From the IMG/VR virus record IMGVR_UViG_3300027793_000064: DNA of 64,000 bases. The stretch is one strand, 5' to 3'. Made by a program: the position numbers and the translations under genes. This DNA is from an uncultured virus (IMG/VR IMGVR_UViG_3300027793_000064). Lineage: Duplodnaviria; Heunggongvirae; Uroviricota; Caudoviricetes. The stretch's first letter is position 1; each line of letters begins with the position of its first letter. This document shows, piece after piece, positions 1 to 11,241 of this stretch. The notes beneath the pieces are model-generated. The model did no database searches. It saw only the letters and a list, made by a program, of their open reading frames with translations, and had not been told where the DNA came from.

Positions 1-1265
1 TCCAACCAGTTTAAAACTGCAAGTGCTGCCTTGTTAGCATTGGGTGAAGCACATACAAGAGTATAAATGTCACTAATTGTTCCAATACCACTTCTACCAA
101 TTTGTAGTTGTGCTTTATCATCAATAATTACTGATTGTCCTCCACCACCAACAACAAATCCACTCAAAAGAACCTTACCACCAGTAAAAGAAGTTGCAGT
201 GGTATCATATTGAGTAATTGCATCTGAGTTTGCATGGTTAGTAAATACTGCACCAGTTAAGGTTGGGTTCTCAATCAACCTCCAAAAAATGTTAGTGTTA
301 TCATTCGTGGATACTTGAAGTGATCTTGGAATAACCACTCCAGATAATGAATTTGATTTGAGACGAAGACTTAGAATTGGATAATAAGTATTTGCAGATG
401 CCATCGTGGTTCCAGTGATAGCATTACCTTGACTGACGAGAGTTCCAAGTTTCTCTGGTTCACCTTCTTGAATAAGAGAATTCGAACCCTGATACATGTA
501 ATGAGTTCCTGCAACACCCGTTACATTTTCTATCTCAAGTCTAATTGGTAAGAATGGAGTAGAACACCAAACATATGGATTAGTATTTGAGTTATCAAAA
601 GTGTGACTATGAATTGTTTCATTCTTCATCAACCAATTGAACTGGACGATACCTGCACCATACCATTCATAATTGATAGAAATCATTTGTTGTTTGGTTG
701 CATCTGCAGTTACTCCAGTCCAACCATTCCCATCAAACTTCTCACCATTCCAATTTTCTCTGGTTACTCTAGTTTCTGTAACAATTCCTGATGTGCTACT
801 ACGGATTACATACGAATAAACACCACCATTATCTTCAAAATAAGCACCATTATTATCATCAAACAATCCAAATCTTCTGCGAATACCTACCTGCGGTATA
901 TCAAGACGAATTGCAAATGCAAGAGTTGCACCCCTACCAGGGATGTATCTCATTACCGCTCTAGTTTGACGAGTGACTTTACTTCCCGCAGTAGAACCAA
1001 CTTGCATCACAACATTACTGGATGATGCATTAAATGTTGCAGTTCCAACTCCAACTACTCTTTCGTCCCATACATCAGTTTCCTTTCCATACTGGAAAGT
1101 ATTAAAGAAAACTGTTTGGTAAGGAGAAACCTTAAATCTGTTGTTGTTAGTGAATTGAGGTCTCCAGTCCGTCTGGTTTCCCCAATGATCTGCAATATTA
1201 TAAACCTCAAAGAGACTTCTCTCTTGATTGAGATAATCTTGTCTATTTTTATTCCACTGAGCCAT
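1..1265 (-). CDS. Virion structural protein, partial (runs off the window start)
   Basis: Missing from the ORF track. ATG at 1263-1265 reads MAQWNKNRQDYLNQERSLFEVY...MRYIPGRG...RRFGLFDDNNGAYFE; the frame stays open toward position 1; lies downstream of gp20. Confidence 0.7.
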   Translation of the reverse strand, partial: MAQWNKNRQDYLNQERSLFEVYNIADHWGNQTDWRPQFTNNNRFKVSPYQTVFFNTFQYGKETDVWDERVVGVGTATFNASSSNVVMQVGSTAGSKVTRQTRAVMRYIPGRGATLAFAIRLDIPQVGIRRRFGLFDDNNGAYFEDNGGVYSYVIRSSTSGIVTETRVTRENWNGEKFDGNGWTGVTADATKQQMISINYEWYGAGIVQFNWLMKNETIHSHTFDNSNTNPYVWCSTPFLPIRLEIENVTGVAGTHYMYQGSNSLIQEGEPEKLGTLVSQGNAITGTTMASANTYYPILSLRLKSNSLSGVVIPRSLQVSTNDNTNIFWRLIENPTLTGAVFTNHANSDAITQYDTTATSFTGGKVLLSGFVVGGGGQSVIIDDKAQLQIGRSGIGTISDIYTLVCASPNANKAALAVLNWL

Positions 1266-1268
1266 AAA

Positions 1269-1589
1269 TTAATCAATCCACTCTAACTTTGATGGGTGAT
1301 ATCTTTGTATATTTTTAATATTAAAATTATTTTCCTGTGCTGGATATATGTTATGGACTATTGCTCCAGGATATTTGTCCTGGAGTTGTTCGCCAAGATC
1401 TTGCCTAGATGGGACTCCAGTTTTGGTTACCAATTCCAACCTATAAATATTACCTTGCCACATTACATCAGCAACATAACTTTCACCAACCTGTTGTTGT
1501 GATTCTGGTTGAGAATTTATATAAAGATTTCCAGTAAAATCACCAGCAATATTAACTGATTCAGATATAAATTGCCTGAATGATTTCAT
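1269..1589 (-). CDS. Hypothetical head-associated protein with MKSFRQFISE N-terminus
   Basis: Track ORF 1269..1628; start moved to 1589 because the upstream small ORF ends at 1594. The N-terminus resembles the T4 capsid-targeting sequence. Confidence 0.7.
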   Translation of the reverse strand: MKSFRQFISESVNIAGDFTGNLYINSQPESQQQVGESYVADVMWQGNIYRLELVTKTGVPSRQDLGEQLQDKYPGAIVHNIYPAQENNFNIKNIQRYHPSKLEWID

Positions 1590-1593
1590 TTGT

Positions 1594-1746
1594 TCATTCC
1601 TCTTCGCTACCAAATAATGAAGCAGCAACTGCGGGTCTAAATTCGTTTATTTTATCTGATGATTTTTGATAAAGAACATCTTTGATTTTATCGCTGATCT
1701 GAGAAGGAGATTCGTCCGAAGCGATCATATCCATTAAGTCTTCCAT
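1594..1746 (-). CDS. Small acidic protein after the portal (prohead-core-like position)
   Basis: Read by hand: MEDLMDMIASDESPSQISDKIKDVLYQKSSDKINEFRPAVAASLFGSEEE; late-promoter-like CTAAATA just upstream (about 1770). Confidence 0.7.
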   Translation of the reverse strand: MEDLMDMIASDESPSQISDKIKDVLYQKSSDKINEFRPAVAASLFGSEEE

Positions 1747-1779
1747 AAAATTAAAATTGTGTATTTGTATTATTTAGAT

Positions 1780-3471
1780 TTATATTTCTCCACCTTTAGG
1801 TAGTTTTGGTGGTTCTACTATTTTTTCATTTGCTTGTGGTTCTATGGGAATTTTTCCCATTTCTCCTTGTATATTATTACCAATTTCTAATGGCATTCCA
1901 GTATTTGGGTCTATTGGAATACTGGGATCTGGTATTATTCCTTCTTCTATTTCTTTTTTGATTAATTCATCTTGCTCTACTATTTCTTGGTCGGTTTGTC
2001 TCAATATATTTCTTCTTACATAGTCCTGAGAGTAATATTTTCCAATATATGGTTCGGCCATAGAAAGCATATTTAGCCTATCAGTCATAAGTTCGGAATT
2101 TTTTAATTCTGCAAAATGATTATCATAAAGAAAATCATATTGTATGTGCTCATTCATTTGATTCCAATCTTCTGGAGTAATGATATTTTTTAATATCAAT
2201 TGAGTTTTGAGCATATCACTAAACATATTAGAAAATCTTTTTCTAAGTCTTCCCACAAATTTGCTGAATTTCAATTCATCACGAAGAATCTCAGAAGATC
2301 TACCTAGATTGAACCCACCTTCTCCATCAATTCTAGAAGATGGTACATTTAAAGATTTGTATAATTTGCTCTGGAAGTAATTGATATCAGTTATTTCTCC
2401 TAGATTTTGTCCACCAGGTAAAGTATCAATTTCTGTTCCTCTACCGCCTTCACGGCGAGGGAGCCAAAAATCTTCTAACATGCTCATAAATTTTTTGTCG
2501 TCACGAATTTCTCCAGTGGATGCATCATAAACTAATTTGTTACGATATCGCATCATGACATCACGAAGATATTGTTCTGCCTTTACTTTTGGTAAGTTGC
2601 CAACATCAATGTAAAAAATTCTACGCTCTGGAGCACGAGACAAACGATAAATCACCAAAGAATCTTCAATCATTCTTAGTTGATTGAGAGCTTTGATTGC
2701 TTTATTTAAATAAGATAATGTAGTTCCTTTATTTCTATCTACCAATCCAGAAGTACAATAAGTAATTGCGTCTTTTGCTATTTTAACTCCCCTGTCTGGA
2801 GATGCAGTCCCCATGTTTGCAACACCGCCACCAACGGGATAAGAACTTTTTGGATCATATATGAAATATTCTTCAATTTCTGGGAATTTGAAATTCATTG
2901 GATTTTGATCACCAACCAATGGATTAGTCATTCTTGGTGAATTTTCTTCCTTTTTATTTTTTTTCTCTTGTCTCACATAACGCATTTTCATGGAATCGAT
3001 ATATCTCAATTCTTGAATTCCATCATGTGGCCTTTTTAGATCTATTACTTTATGATAATATAATCTTCCATCAATGTACCAGTTTCTGTATATTTCGTGA
3101 GCTTTTTTGTCAAAATCCAATAGTTCTAGTATGTACTTAAACTCTTCTCTTATTTTCTGCTTTAGTCCATCACTTGCATTTAAGTTTGATAATTCAATTT
3201 GGATAGGAGAGTCATTAGTATCCGATACTATTGCCTCATTTACTATATCTTCAATAGCACTATCAACTTCTGGGTGAAGTGCCATTTCTCTATATCTTTT
3301 GATTAAATCAAATTCGGTTCTATATACTCCTTCAATATCTACATAAGATCCAAAAAAACCGCTGGTCAAATAGTGATCAACCCCATCCTCGTCATTGCGA
3401 GGAATGGGGGACAATGCAGATGGGGATATTTTTTCAGAGTCTTCAATCGAAAAACCAAACAATCTAGCCAT
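1780..3471 (-). CDS. gp20: Portal vertex protein
   Basis: Motifs LRMIEDSLVIYRLSRAPERRIFYIDVGNLPK and EDFWLPRREGGRGTEI of T4-like portals. Confidence 0.98.
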   Translation of the reverse strand: MARLFGFSIEDSEKISPSALSPIPRNDEDGVDHYLTSGFFGSYVDIEGVYRTEFDLIKRYREMALHPEVDSAIEDIVNEAIVSDTNDSPIQIELSNLNASDGLKQKIREEFKYILELLDFDKKAHEIYRNWYIDGRLYYHKVIDLKRPHDGIQELRYIDSMKMRYVRQEKKNKKEENSPRMTNPLVGDQNPMNFKFPEIEEYFIYDPKSSYPVGGGVANMGTASPDRGVKIAKDAITYCTSGLVDRNKGTTLSYLNKAIKALNQLRMIEDSLVIYRLSRAPERRIFYIDVGNLPKVKAEQYLRDVMMRYRNKLVYDASTGEIRDDKKFMSMLEDFWLPRREGGRGTEIDTLPGGQNLGEITDINYFQSKLYKSLNVPSSRIDGEGGFNLGRSSEILRDELKFSKFVGRLRKRFSNMFSDMLKTQLILKNIITPEDWNQMNEHIQYDFLYDNHFAELKNSELMTDRLNMLSMAEPYIGKYYSQDYVRRNILRQTDQEIVEQDELIKKEIEEGIIPDPSIPIDPNTGMPLEIGNNIQGEMGKIPIEPQANEKIVEPPKLPKGGEI

Positions 3472-3501
3472 AATTTATTTTCGTATATTATCTTATATTT
3501 A

Positions 3502-4140
3502 TTACTTGATAATATTGGTAGATCCAGCCTGATCTGCTGTTGTTTCTCCAGCAGTCCAGTAAAGAATTTGGAATTCTACGGTATAAGTTTCAATATCATC
3601 TGCGGTATCATATGAAAGATCGATCTGACTCACATTAGTTGGGAAAATCTGATAAAATTTATATGTTCTGAGTGGTGTTAATGGCCCACCATTTGCATCA
3701 CTGAAGTTAGATGTAGATTCCTTAGAAGAACCTCTTCCAAGTTGGTAGACATATGCATCGACCATATATGAATTTGGGTCTGTAGCACCAGTTGCATTTT
3801 CCAACTTATTAATGTGATTCATCCACTTCTCAAATGCAGTTCTTAGTCTGAAGTTTTCATCATTTATGATAGTAACAGTCCATGGATCAAAGGTTCTATC
3901 ACCAGCTACTTTTAATGTACGGCCTCTGAATGGAACATCAATTGGATTTACATTAGAAGCAGGTAGTGCAGCTGTCTTACACAAAAAACTGAATAATTCA
4001 GATTCTTGTCCAGCTCCAGTTCCCCAATTAGAAGAAATTGCTGAAGGAAATGCAGGAATACTAACTTCGAATAGATTAGGACGAGCACCACCACCAACTA
4101 ATTTGGATTTAAATTGAGAGATTGTTCTTAATTGTGACAT
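3502..4140 (-). CDS. gp19: Tail tube protein
   Basis: GGARPNLFEV and FRGRTLKVAGDRTFDPWTVT motifs; lies between gp18 and gp20. Confidence 0.96.
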   Translation of the reverse strand: MSQLRTISQFKSKLVGGGARPNLFEVSIPAFPSAISSNWGTGAGQESELFSFLCKTAALPASNVNPIDVPFRGRTLKVAGDRTFDPWTVTIINDENFRLRTAFEKWMNHINKLENATGATDPNSYMVDAYVYQLGRGSSKESTSNFSDANGGPLTPLRTYKFYQIFPTNVSQIDLSYDTADDIETYTVEFQILYWTAGETTADQAGSTNIIK

Positions 4141-4173
4141 TGTTAAATTCTCCTTTTGTAGTCGATTTTAAAT

Positions 4174-6354
4174 TTAAACTCTTCCTGTCACTTCTTCGAA
4201 GCTAACTCCAGTTCGAGTAGCAACGAAAGTTAGAGTTACATAATTAATTGATTTAGTTGGCTTCAAGAATATGTCAGCCCTAAATTCATTGTTATCAATG
4301 ACATCGGGTGTATTATTTGTTTCGTCGCAAATGACTCTAAAATCATACACACCTCGCTTGGCCTGAATATCACGGAGATATGGCTCAACAATGTTTACAA
4401 AGTTTGCGCGAGTTAGTGGATCATTTAATTCAAATAATTGAGCCTGTGCTGTTCTTTCCAACGCTTGTTCTACAGTCAAGAATAATCTACGAACATTAAT
4501 TCTATCAAATGCGGAAGCATATCCAAGAGCTGTTTTATCCCCAAAAAGAATTATACCAACACCAGGTTGATTTACTATTGAGTTTATTCTTATTGGATAC
4601 AAGCGATCTCTTTGTGCTTTTGTTGGATTGTATGCAAGTTTAATCGCATTATTTAAAACTCCTCTCTGTTGGCCAGCAGGGGAATACCAAGGATATGAGT
4701 TTATACTAGTCCTGACCATTAAACCAGCAATGTCTGGATTGCATGGAATGTAGCGGAATCTATTGTTAAAACGATCATAAGTGTACTTATATCCACTGTC
4801 AAATACAGCATATGAAGAAGAAGACAAAGGACTGAAAAATTGTACAATTTGATTGGTTTGATCTTCTGTATTTGTTCTATTTACTACATCCGTTCTATGG
4901 GTAGAGATTACTGCCATGCAATCTTTTCTAGAATTAGCAATAGAAATCAATTCTTGCGCTTTTGCCTGTGATTGCGTTTTTTCTGTTAGTCCAGGACCCA
5001 TAATGAGATAATCTACTGAAACCTCATCTTTATTCGAAAACAGTCTATATGATGTGACCAAATCACCTAATTGCGCTTCCATTCCATTATTATTGCCATA
5101 ATCTTTTCCTCCGGAAAGGGCATATGTCACATTTCCAATCGCACTAAACACTTTATTTTGTGCATCGGTATTCCACAATCCAGCAGCAGTAGTCAATCCA
5201 ACATAACCGGAAGAGAACCCAGTTTGGTATATAGATTCGTTATTTTGTCCGTCTGATGGATTGTCTCCAGCATAAACATAATTTGATAATTGTGCTAGAT
5301 AATCTTTCCACCAAATTTTTTGTGGAGAATTTACTGCAGAAATAGAATCAGTTGCTTTTGATAAGAATAAATGCTTCTCTATGAGATTGCCTTGAATTCC
5401 AGTTACATTGCCAGTGTCATCAATAATTGCAATGTGCAATGCATCATTTTTTCCGTTTCTTTCCGCTACATATTGATTTGTAGTTGGCTTTGGTGCCAGG
5501 GACTTCCAATATACTGTGCTGTTAACGAGCCCAAGAGTTTGTTGGTCATACCAATCTAAAACTGAATTTGTCCCAGAAAGAGTAGTTGACCCAATTCCAC
5601 TTTGAGATTGGCTACTAATTGTTACGGAATTGCCAACAAAAAACGATTTTAGTTGATTTCTTTCTGCATAAGAGATGCTCTCCTCTACTCCATCAGTTGT
5701 TACCGTGGAAATAATTTTTACATCTATAGTTTGACTAGTTGTATTGATGCCAGTAATTATTGATTTTAAGTGGCCATTAAATAATTGGGTTTCCCCATTT
5801 GCAATTATTGTTTGGTCCACCAAATTGGTTGTTACCGCATATCCAACTTGAGCAAATGTGATTGCGGAACCTACTGTAAGAGTTTGATCCGCTTTATCGT
5901 CAATGACGCAAACCTTCAAATCATTGGACCATGACCCTGGAGTTTTTGCGGCAAATACATAATTTGCAGTATCTTCGGAATAAGTTGATTCATATTGATC
6001 AAAATTTTTAATCAATAGGGTAGTATTCCCAACAGTAGAAACACCAGATACATTTCTGGCAGCATTTGCATTCACTAAATTTGGTCCAGAAGTTCTTACT
6101 ACTTTAAGAACTCCACCATAAGTTAAAAATGAAGACGCGCTCATCCAATACTCATATTGAGCATCGTTTGACATTGGTTTCCCAAAAACATTTACTAGTT
6201 GCTGTTCTGTGACAATATCTACTGGTTCATCTACAGGTCCGATTGCAAATGGTCCTGCAATTGCCCCAATATTATCCAGTACATTGTCAGCTCTTCCTAC
6301 AGTTAAATCAACCTCTCTGACAAGTACGCCTGGAGATAATTGAGGAGTAGCCAT
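4174..6354 (-). CDS. gp18: Tail sheath protein
   Basis: SPGVLVREVDLT N-terminus; SAFDRINVRRLF and CDETNNTPDVID C-terminal motifs. Confidence 0.98.
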   Translation of the reverse strand: MATPQLSPGVLVREVDLTVGRADNVLDNIGAIAGPFAIGPVDEPVDIVTEQQLVNVFGKPMSNDAQYEYWMSASSFLTYGGVLKVVRTSGPNLVNANAARNVSGVSTVGNTTLLIKNFDQYESTYSEDTANYVFAAKTPGSWSNDLKVCVIDDKADQTLTVGSAITFAQVGYAVTTNLVDQTIIANGETQLFNGHLKSIITGINTTSQTIDVKIISTVTTDGVEESISYAERNQLKSFFVGNSVTISSQSQSGIGSTTLSGTNSVLDWYDQQTLGLVNSTVYWKSLAPKPTTNQYVAERNGKNDALHIAIIDDTGNVTGIQGNLIEKHLFLSKATDSISAVNSPQKIWWKDYLAQLSNYVYAGDNPSDGQNNESIYQTGFSSGYVGLTTAAGLWNTDAQNKVFSAIGNVTYALSGGKDYGNNNGMEAQLGDLVTSYRLFSNKDEVSVDYLIMGPGLTEKTQSQAKAQELISIANSRKDCMAVISTHRTDVVNRTNTEDQTNQIVQFFSPLSSSSYAVFDSGYKYTYDRFNNRFRYIPCNPDIAGLMVRTSINSYPWYSPAGQQRGVLNNAIKLAYNPTKAQRDRLYPIRINSIVNQPGVGIILFGDKTALGYASAFDRINVRRLFLTVEQALERTAQAQLFELNDPLTRANFVNIVEPYLRDIQAKRGVYDFRVICDETNNTPDVIDNNEFRADIFLKPTKSINYVTLTFVATRTGVSFEEVTGRV

Positions 6355-6421
6355 GTTTTTCTCCCTAAAATACTCAGTTTCTCTAAAAAATATTTATGTA
6401 AAACTTTATTTTCAGAGTAAT

Positions 6422-8071
6422 TTAAAAATTATATTGCCAAAGAGATGCCATGTCGCCATACTCGTCCACATACCACCTGTCACCTTCCGCATCAACAAAA
6501 TTGTCAGATTCTCTTCCATCAACTATAAAGCCAAATGGTGCCATATCTTGTTCTAATTGATTCTGTTGTTCTTCGTATAATCTTTTTCTGACATCATTAT
6601 CAGTCATTTCTTTGAAGTAATCTTGAACAATCAGCCAAGCAAATATTACTAAGCACATTGTCAAGTCATCGTTACATCCTTCTTCTGCTTCGAACGAATT
6701 GTATTTCTGAACAAATGTAGTTAATTCTGATATAAGATCATAATCTCTAAACACCAATTTTTCTTCTTCAATGATGGCCTTTAAATTTATACATCCTACT
6801 TTCTTTACATTTTTGGACATCTTTACTCCCATTTGGGTCTTCTTTCCAGAAAATCCTTGTCCAACTATCTGGCCAGCCCTCCCTCGCATTGAGCACATCA
6901 ATACATTAGGATACTCTAAATCATAGTGTAATGCTGCAGCAACTTGATCTCCAACATCATTTACTTCGCACAATAAATATGCATCATTATATGCTTTTCC
7001 TGCATCTTTTATGATGTATGGGAACATCATTGGCTTTATTTCGTTATTCCTATACTTTGCAACTACTCTATATGGAAATGTCGTAATATCAAATATCACA
7101 AAAGCAGAATAGTCTATTTCTACTCCTCTTGCCACATCAATTGTAATTACATATTGGTGGTCTTCTTCTGGCTCTTCGTATACATCAAGTCCAGCACTAG
7201 ATTTAATTGGTCTATCTTGTGTTAATGTAGCCAATTTTGCGCCAGAAATTAAAGTATCTACCGATCCTAAGAATTCACATTCGAATTCTTGTCTCCATTG
7301 AGACTCACTTGTATTGGCAATTGTGGTCTTTTTGAACTCTTCGTCTCTACCTGGAACATCAGTCCAAAAGACCTCAATAGGAACATATTCATTTTTACTT
7401 TTTTTCGCATCATCCCATAACTTGTAGAAATGATTTAAGCCTTTAGGAGTAGATACAACAATAACTTTTGATGACTTACCAGAAGTAATTGTAGGGTATA
7501 CGGAACTAAAAAATGAATCTGCAACTTGATTTGGAACGAATGCAAATTCGTCCAAAAAGATGATGTTGTAGGTACTACCACGAACAGAAGACGCTGAAGT
7601 AGACGCAGCAAAAATCTTAGATCCATTTTCCAATTCTAAAGATCCCTTGTTCCATGAGCAAATGCCTTGCTGTAACCATTTTGGTAAGTTCTCATATCCT
7701 GTTTGTAAACGACCAAGAAGATCTCTTGCTGTTTGTGCTTTGTTAGCTAGAATAGCAATATTTACATTATCATTAAAAATTGCATAATGTAAAAGATATG
7801 ATACTACAGTGGTACTCTTTCCGCTTTGTCTAGGAAGCTTACAAATATTAAATCTATTCTCATGAAAAGACTGTAACATCTTTTCTTGAAATGGATACAT
7901 CTCAAATGGTTGTAAACCATGATCCAAAGTCACGATTTGTATATAATTGTTTGCAAAATATACTGGATCATTGGCACATTTTGCAAACTCTATGATTTGT
8001 TCTTGTGTAAATTCAATTTGGGTATTCGCTTTCTTTAAGAGAGGATTACCAAGATAATGTTCTTCAGCCAT
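6422..8071 (-). CDS. gp17: Terminase large subunit
   Basis: Walker A PRQSGKST, Walker B IIFLDEFAF, STPKG coupling motif, nuclease motifs IDVARG and NDDLTM. Confidence 0.98.
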   Translation of the reverse strand: MAEEHYLGNPLLKKANTQIEFTQEQIIEFAKCANDPVYFANNYIQIVTLDHGLQPFEMYPFQEKMLQSFHENRFNICKLPRQSGKSTTVVSYLLHYAIFNDNVNIAILANKAQTARDLLGRLQTGYENLPKWLQQGICSWNKGSLELENGSKIFAASTSASSVRGSTYNIIFLDEFAFVPNQVADSFFSSVYPTITSGKSSKVIVVSTPKGLNHFYKLWDDAKKSKNEYVPIEVFWTDVPGRDEEFKKTTIANTSESQWRQEFECEFLGSVDTLISGAKLATLTQDRPIKSSAGLDVYEEPEEDHQYVITIDVARGVEIDYSAFVIFDITTFPYRVVAKYRNNEIKPMMFPYIIKDAGKAYNDAYLLCEVNDVGDQVAAALHYDLEYPNVLMCSMRGRAGQIVGQGFSGKKTQMGVKMSKNVKKVGCINLKAIIEEEKLVFRDYDLISELTTFVQKYNSFEAEEGCNDDLTMCLVIFAWLIVQDYFKEMTDNDVRKRLYEEQQNQLEQDMAPFGFIVDGRESDNFVDAEGDRWYVDEYGDMASLWQYNF

Positions 8072-8088
8072 AAAAAATTAATACAAAT

Positions 8089-9699
8089 TTACCATTTAAC
8101 TTTGTTGGCCCAGAAGGCAGCACTCATTTTTCCTTTTTTAATATTTTTTTTGTGTCTTTTTTTGAATCTGTTTCTGCGATCTGCATATTCTTCTGATTCT
8201 CCTTCTTTTTTGGGGGAACCCTTCACTCCAAGTTGACCAAAACGAATAAGCTTTTCTTTTCCACCTTCACATGCTTTTACTACATGTGATTTGCCAGTTT
8301 CGCCTGAACCATGAGGCTCAGACTTTGGCTTATTGCAAGGCATTTCAGACTTTTTTGCCTCTGATATTTCAACCTCTTCTCCGATATTGCCATTGTTCAA
8401 GAGATAATTTTTTGATTTTGGTAATTGTACAATTGGCAAACCAGGCTGTGCATTACTAACACCATATGTAATTACTTTAGATTCTGGATAAATTTTATTT
8501 ACTGCATCAGTAACTTCTCTTCTGTTTGGTAACTTTACTTGTGGGAAAAATAACTGAGTTCCATAGTACTTTCCACGCCACATGACAGTTACTGCCATGA
8601 TATGACCATTTTGTGCTGGTAAAGTGGCTTCTGTTACTGTTTCTGGATCTGCTCCTTGTTTAGATAAAGTTCCGATTGTTCTTGCGTATTCTTGTTCAGC
8701 TTTGGCCTTTTTTAATTTTGCCGCAACTAATTTTTGTTGTAGCCCAGACTGTTCCTCTACAGGTTCACAAGAACCTTTTTCATATTTTTTTGTTCCTTTT
8801 TTTCTTTTAAATCCACCCCAACATGGACTATTCTTTCTTCCTTCTTTTATTAGGGGATCTGCCACAATCAGATCGACAAATTCATATGATGCATTACCAA
8901 ACATATCTCTGACAATTTTACTTTCATTTTGAGCCTCTACTTTTTTCAATTTTGAATAATAATCTGGGACTTCATCTAAATGTTGTAAGGCAGTAATTCT
9001 TGCCGCAGTTGGATCGGAAGTATGTTCTTTTTCTACTTTAAGTCCCATCTTGAGTTGTTTTTTAATCGACTCAAGTGAGACTTTATGCTTTTTTGCTATT
9101 TCTTCCGGTGATTTGTAGGACTGTACTGGACCTTTTGGGTCTTTTTCTTCGTGCATAGACGAACAATCTTTATATCCGTGCTCAGGACACTTTTTTCCTT
9201 TTTTTGTTTTATTGCATCCACATCCCATTTCCGAAAGAATTTGATCTACTAAAGATTTTTCTTCTTTTTGTGTTGGTCTTTTGTATGGAGGCAAATGCTC
9301 ATATTTTTTGGGAAGTGCCGCTCCGGTCCCTCCCAATTTTTGTGCAATATTCCTCGCTGCTTGTTGTTCGCCTTCTGGTGTTTCTCCCGTTAATTTCTTT
9401 GAAACTAAATTTCCTCTTCTTATTCTTGTATCTGTTGCGACATCAAAACTAATATCTTTATTTTCATCTAACTCTTGATCTCCCTGAAGATATTCAGTAG
9501 CAGAATCGATGTAATCAGCAGCTCTTGTAATTTTTGATTGTACCCATGCAGGAAGTTGAGTATCACTACTTTTAATTACTTTCCTTAGATTCTTTATTGC
9601 TCTTTCGATGGAATCCAATTCAAGTCTTGCCATGTAGCCTTCGTCATCTTTCTTTTTTCCACTGGCAATTTCCTTGTGGTCTTCTTGAATTTTTTTCAT
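8089..9699 (-). CDS. Multi-domain head-associated hypothetical protein
   Basis: 536-aa ORF between gp16 and gp17 with short modules (LPAWVQSKIT, EHT...HLDEVPDYYSKL, AAFWANKVKW) joined by E-rich linkers. Confidence 0.7.
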   Translation of the reverse strand: MKKIQEDHKEIASGKKKDDEGYMARLELDSIERAIKNLRKVIKSSDTQLPAWVQSKITRAADYIDSATEYLQGDQELDENKDISFDVATDTRIRRGNLVSKKLTGETPEGEQQAARNIAQKLGGTGAALPKKYEHLPPYKRPTQKEEKSLVDQILSEMGCGCNKTKKGKKCPEHGYKDCSSMHEEKDPKGPVQSYKSPEEIAKKHKVSLESIKKQLKMGLKVEKEHTSDPTAARITALQHLDEVPDYYSKLKKVEAQNESKIVRDMFGNASYEFVDLIVADPLIKEGRKNSPCWGGFKRKKGTKKYEKGSCEPVEEQSGLQQKLVAAKLKKAKAEQEYARTIGTLSKQGADPETVTEATLPAQNGHIMAVTVMWRGKYYGTQLFFPQVKLPNRREVTDAVNKIYPESKVITYGVSNAQPGLPIVQLPKSKNYLLNNGNIGEEVEISEAKKSEMPCNKPKSEPHGSGETGKSHVVKACEGGKEKLIRFGQLGVKGSPKKEGESEEYADRRNRFKKRHKKNIKKGKMSAAFWANKVKW

Positions 9700-9728
9700 T
9701 TTTACGGTACAATAAAACCTACTTATTT

Positions 9729-10181
9729 TTATTTATCTTCAGTGATATCTTTTAATTGATTTTTTAACATTTTTGATAGTTCTGCTGTGGATCCAACAAA
9801 TAAAGCATTTGTTACATTTGTTGGTCCTTTTTGTACTTTTACATCTTCCAAATCTTTTATTTTCTTTTGTAAATCTATCAACTTATCCGTAGCATCAGAA
9901 ACATTTTTTATTAGTTGCCCAACTACTTCATATGCTCTAGGAGTGTCAGTTTCTTGAGCTAACTCAAGAACATTGTTTATTGCTTCTTGGCCCTTTTCTA
10001 TGATAGAATATAAATTTCCACGAGTGTATTCGTAGTCTTTTTTAATGTCATCAATTACAGATCTTTTTTCTTTCTGTATTACTTCTGTAGTGGTCTCTTC
10101 CACTTCTGGATGGATAACTTGTTCCGAATCATCAATATTAAATGTCTCATTTAACTTTTTGTATTTTTTAGTCATTTTCAT
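9729..10181 (-). CDS. gp16: Terminase small subunit
   Basis: DYEYTRGNL, PRAYEV and NALFVGSTAEL motifs; synteny. Confidence 0.92.
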   Translation of the reverse strand: MKMTKKYKKLNETFNIDDSEQVIHPEVEETTTEVIQKEKRSVIDDIKKDYEYTRGNLYSIIEKGQEAINNVLELAQETDTPRAYEVVGQLIKNVSDATDKLIDLQKKIKDLEDVKVQKGPTNVTNALFVGSTAELSKMLKNQLKDITEDK

Positions 10182-10193
10182 GGTTTCCTTCCA

Positions 10194-11198
10194 TTAATCT
10201 AGTGAGCCAGAAAACCCAAAATCGTCCCCAGGCTCTATTAATAAATCGTCAGATAGAGTAATTAATTTGACCTCAGATCCAGAAACATGATCTAATATTA
10301 CTGTAGAATCCTGACCTCTTCTAACAGATAAAATATTACCGGAAATTGACTCAACATATAATTCTTCTTTGTTGATATCAAGATATGATCCAACAGTAAT
10401 TCCAACTGAACTCACGACCTCAATAATATTATCTGTTTTTTCTGCATCTTTTGATAGTGTTGTGGTTACAGTTCCAGTATAATTTTGTATTGCACGAGGT
10501 TCTACACTGTATGTAACTTCTCTTCTTGCTGACCCTGACGCATCACCAGAAACAAGACCAATAGAAACTTTTTTGATGATTTCGGAAGAAACGGAATCGG
10601 AAGATACTGGACCAAACAGATATGTCTTTGCAGTAAATTTTAAGGTATAAATTAATGCTCTTCTTTCTGTATAATCACCTTCATAATTATCTGTCATTGA
10701 TATATTATCAAGTACTATGGGTATATCTCTTTTTTCTCCTATTTCCTTTACTAAATCAACTGTCAAATTGTAATTTGGTTGGAAATATGGTAATATTTGC
10801 TCAACTATCTGAAGCATATCATCGTTAAGTTTTGTCATTATACTCAATTCAAAATTTAAATTATAAGGAACAGGTAGGTATGCCTTTCTTATTTGATTAT
10901 TATTTACATCTTTAGTCAAAAATGTTTGAGTAGTTGTCAGTTTTCTAGTAGTGTCATATGACATTCCTATCACTTCAAACGACATTCTAGGCAAATTTAC
11001 CTGAACTGGTTTATTGAGATTTGGAATTTGTTCCAATCTAGCAAGAAACTTCTGAGTTGGCCCATAAGCCAATGGAACTCTAACGGAAGAAACAACATTC
11101 CCAGAGTCATCTTTGTGCTTAATAGTTATTCCATTAAACAGTGTTCCAAATGCAACTACTGTCTTTCTTGTTATTTCGTGATAAAAATATTCAAACAT
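10194..11198 (-). CDS. gp15: Tail sheath stabilizer / tail terminator
   Basis: VPLAYGPTQKFLARL, LPRMSFE and QIVEQILPYFQP motifs. Confidence 0.95.
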   Translation of the reverse strand: MFEYFYHEITRKTVVAFGTLFNGITIKHKDDSGNVVSSVRVPLAYGPTQKFLARLEQIPNLNKPVQVNLPRMSFEVIGMSYDTTRKLTTTQTFLTKDVNNNQIRKAYLPVPYNLNFELSIMTKLNDDMLQIVEQILPYFQPNYNLTVDLVKEIGEKRDIPIVLDNISMTDNYEGDYTERRALIYTLKFTAKTYLFGPVSSDSVSSEIIKKVSIGLVSGDASGSARREVTYSVEPRAIQNYTGTVTTTLSKDAEKTDNIIEVVSSVGITVGSYLDINKEELYVESISGNILSVRRGQDSTVILDHVSGSEVKLITLSDDLLIEPGDDFGFSGSLD

Positions 11199-11241
11199 GT
11201 TAGGAAATCCTTATAATGTTATTTAACCATTTACATATTTA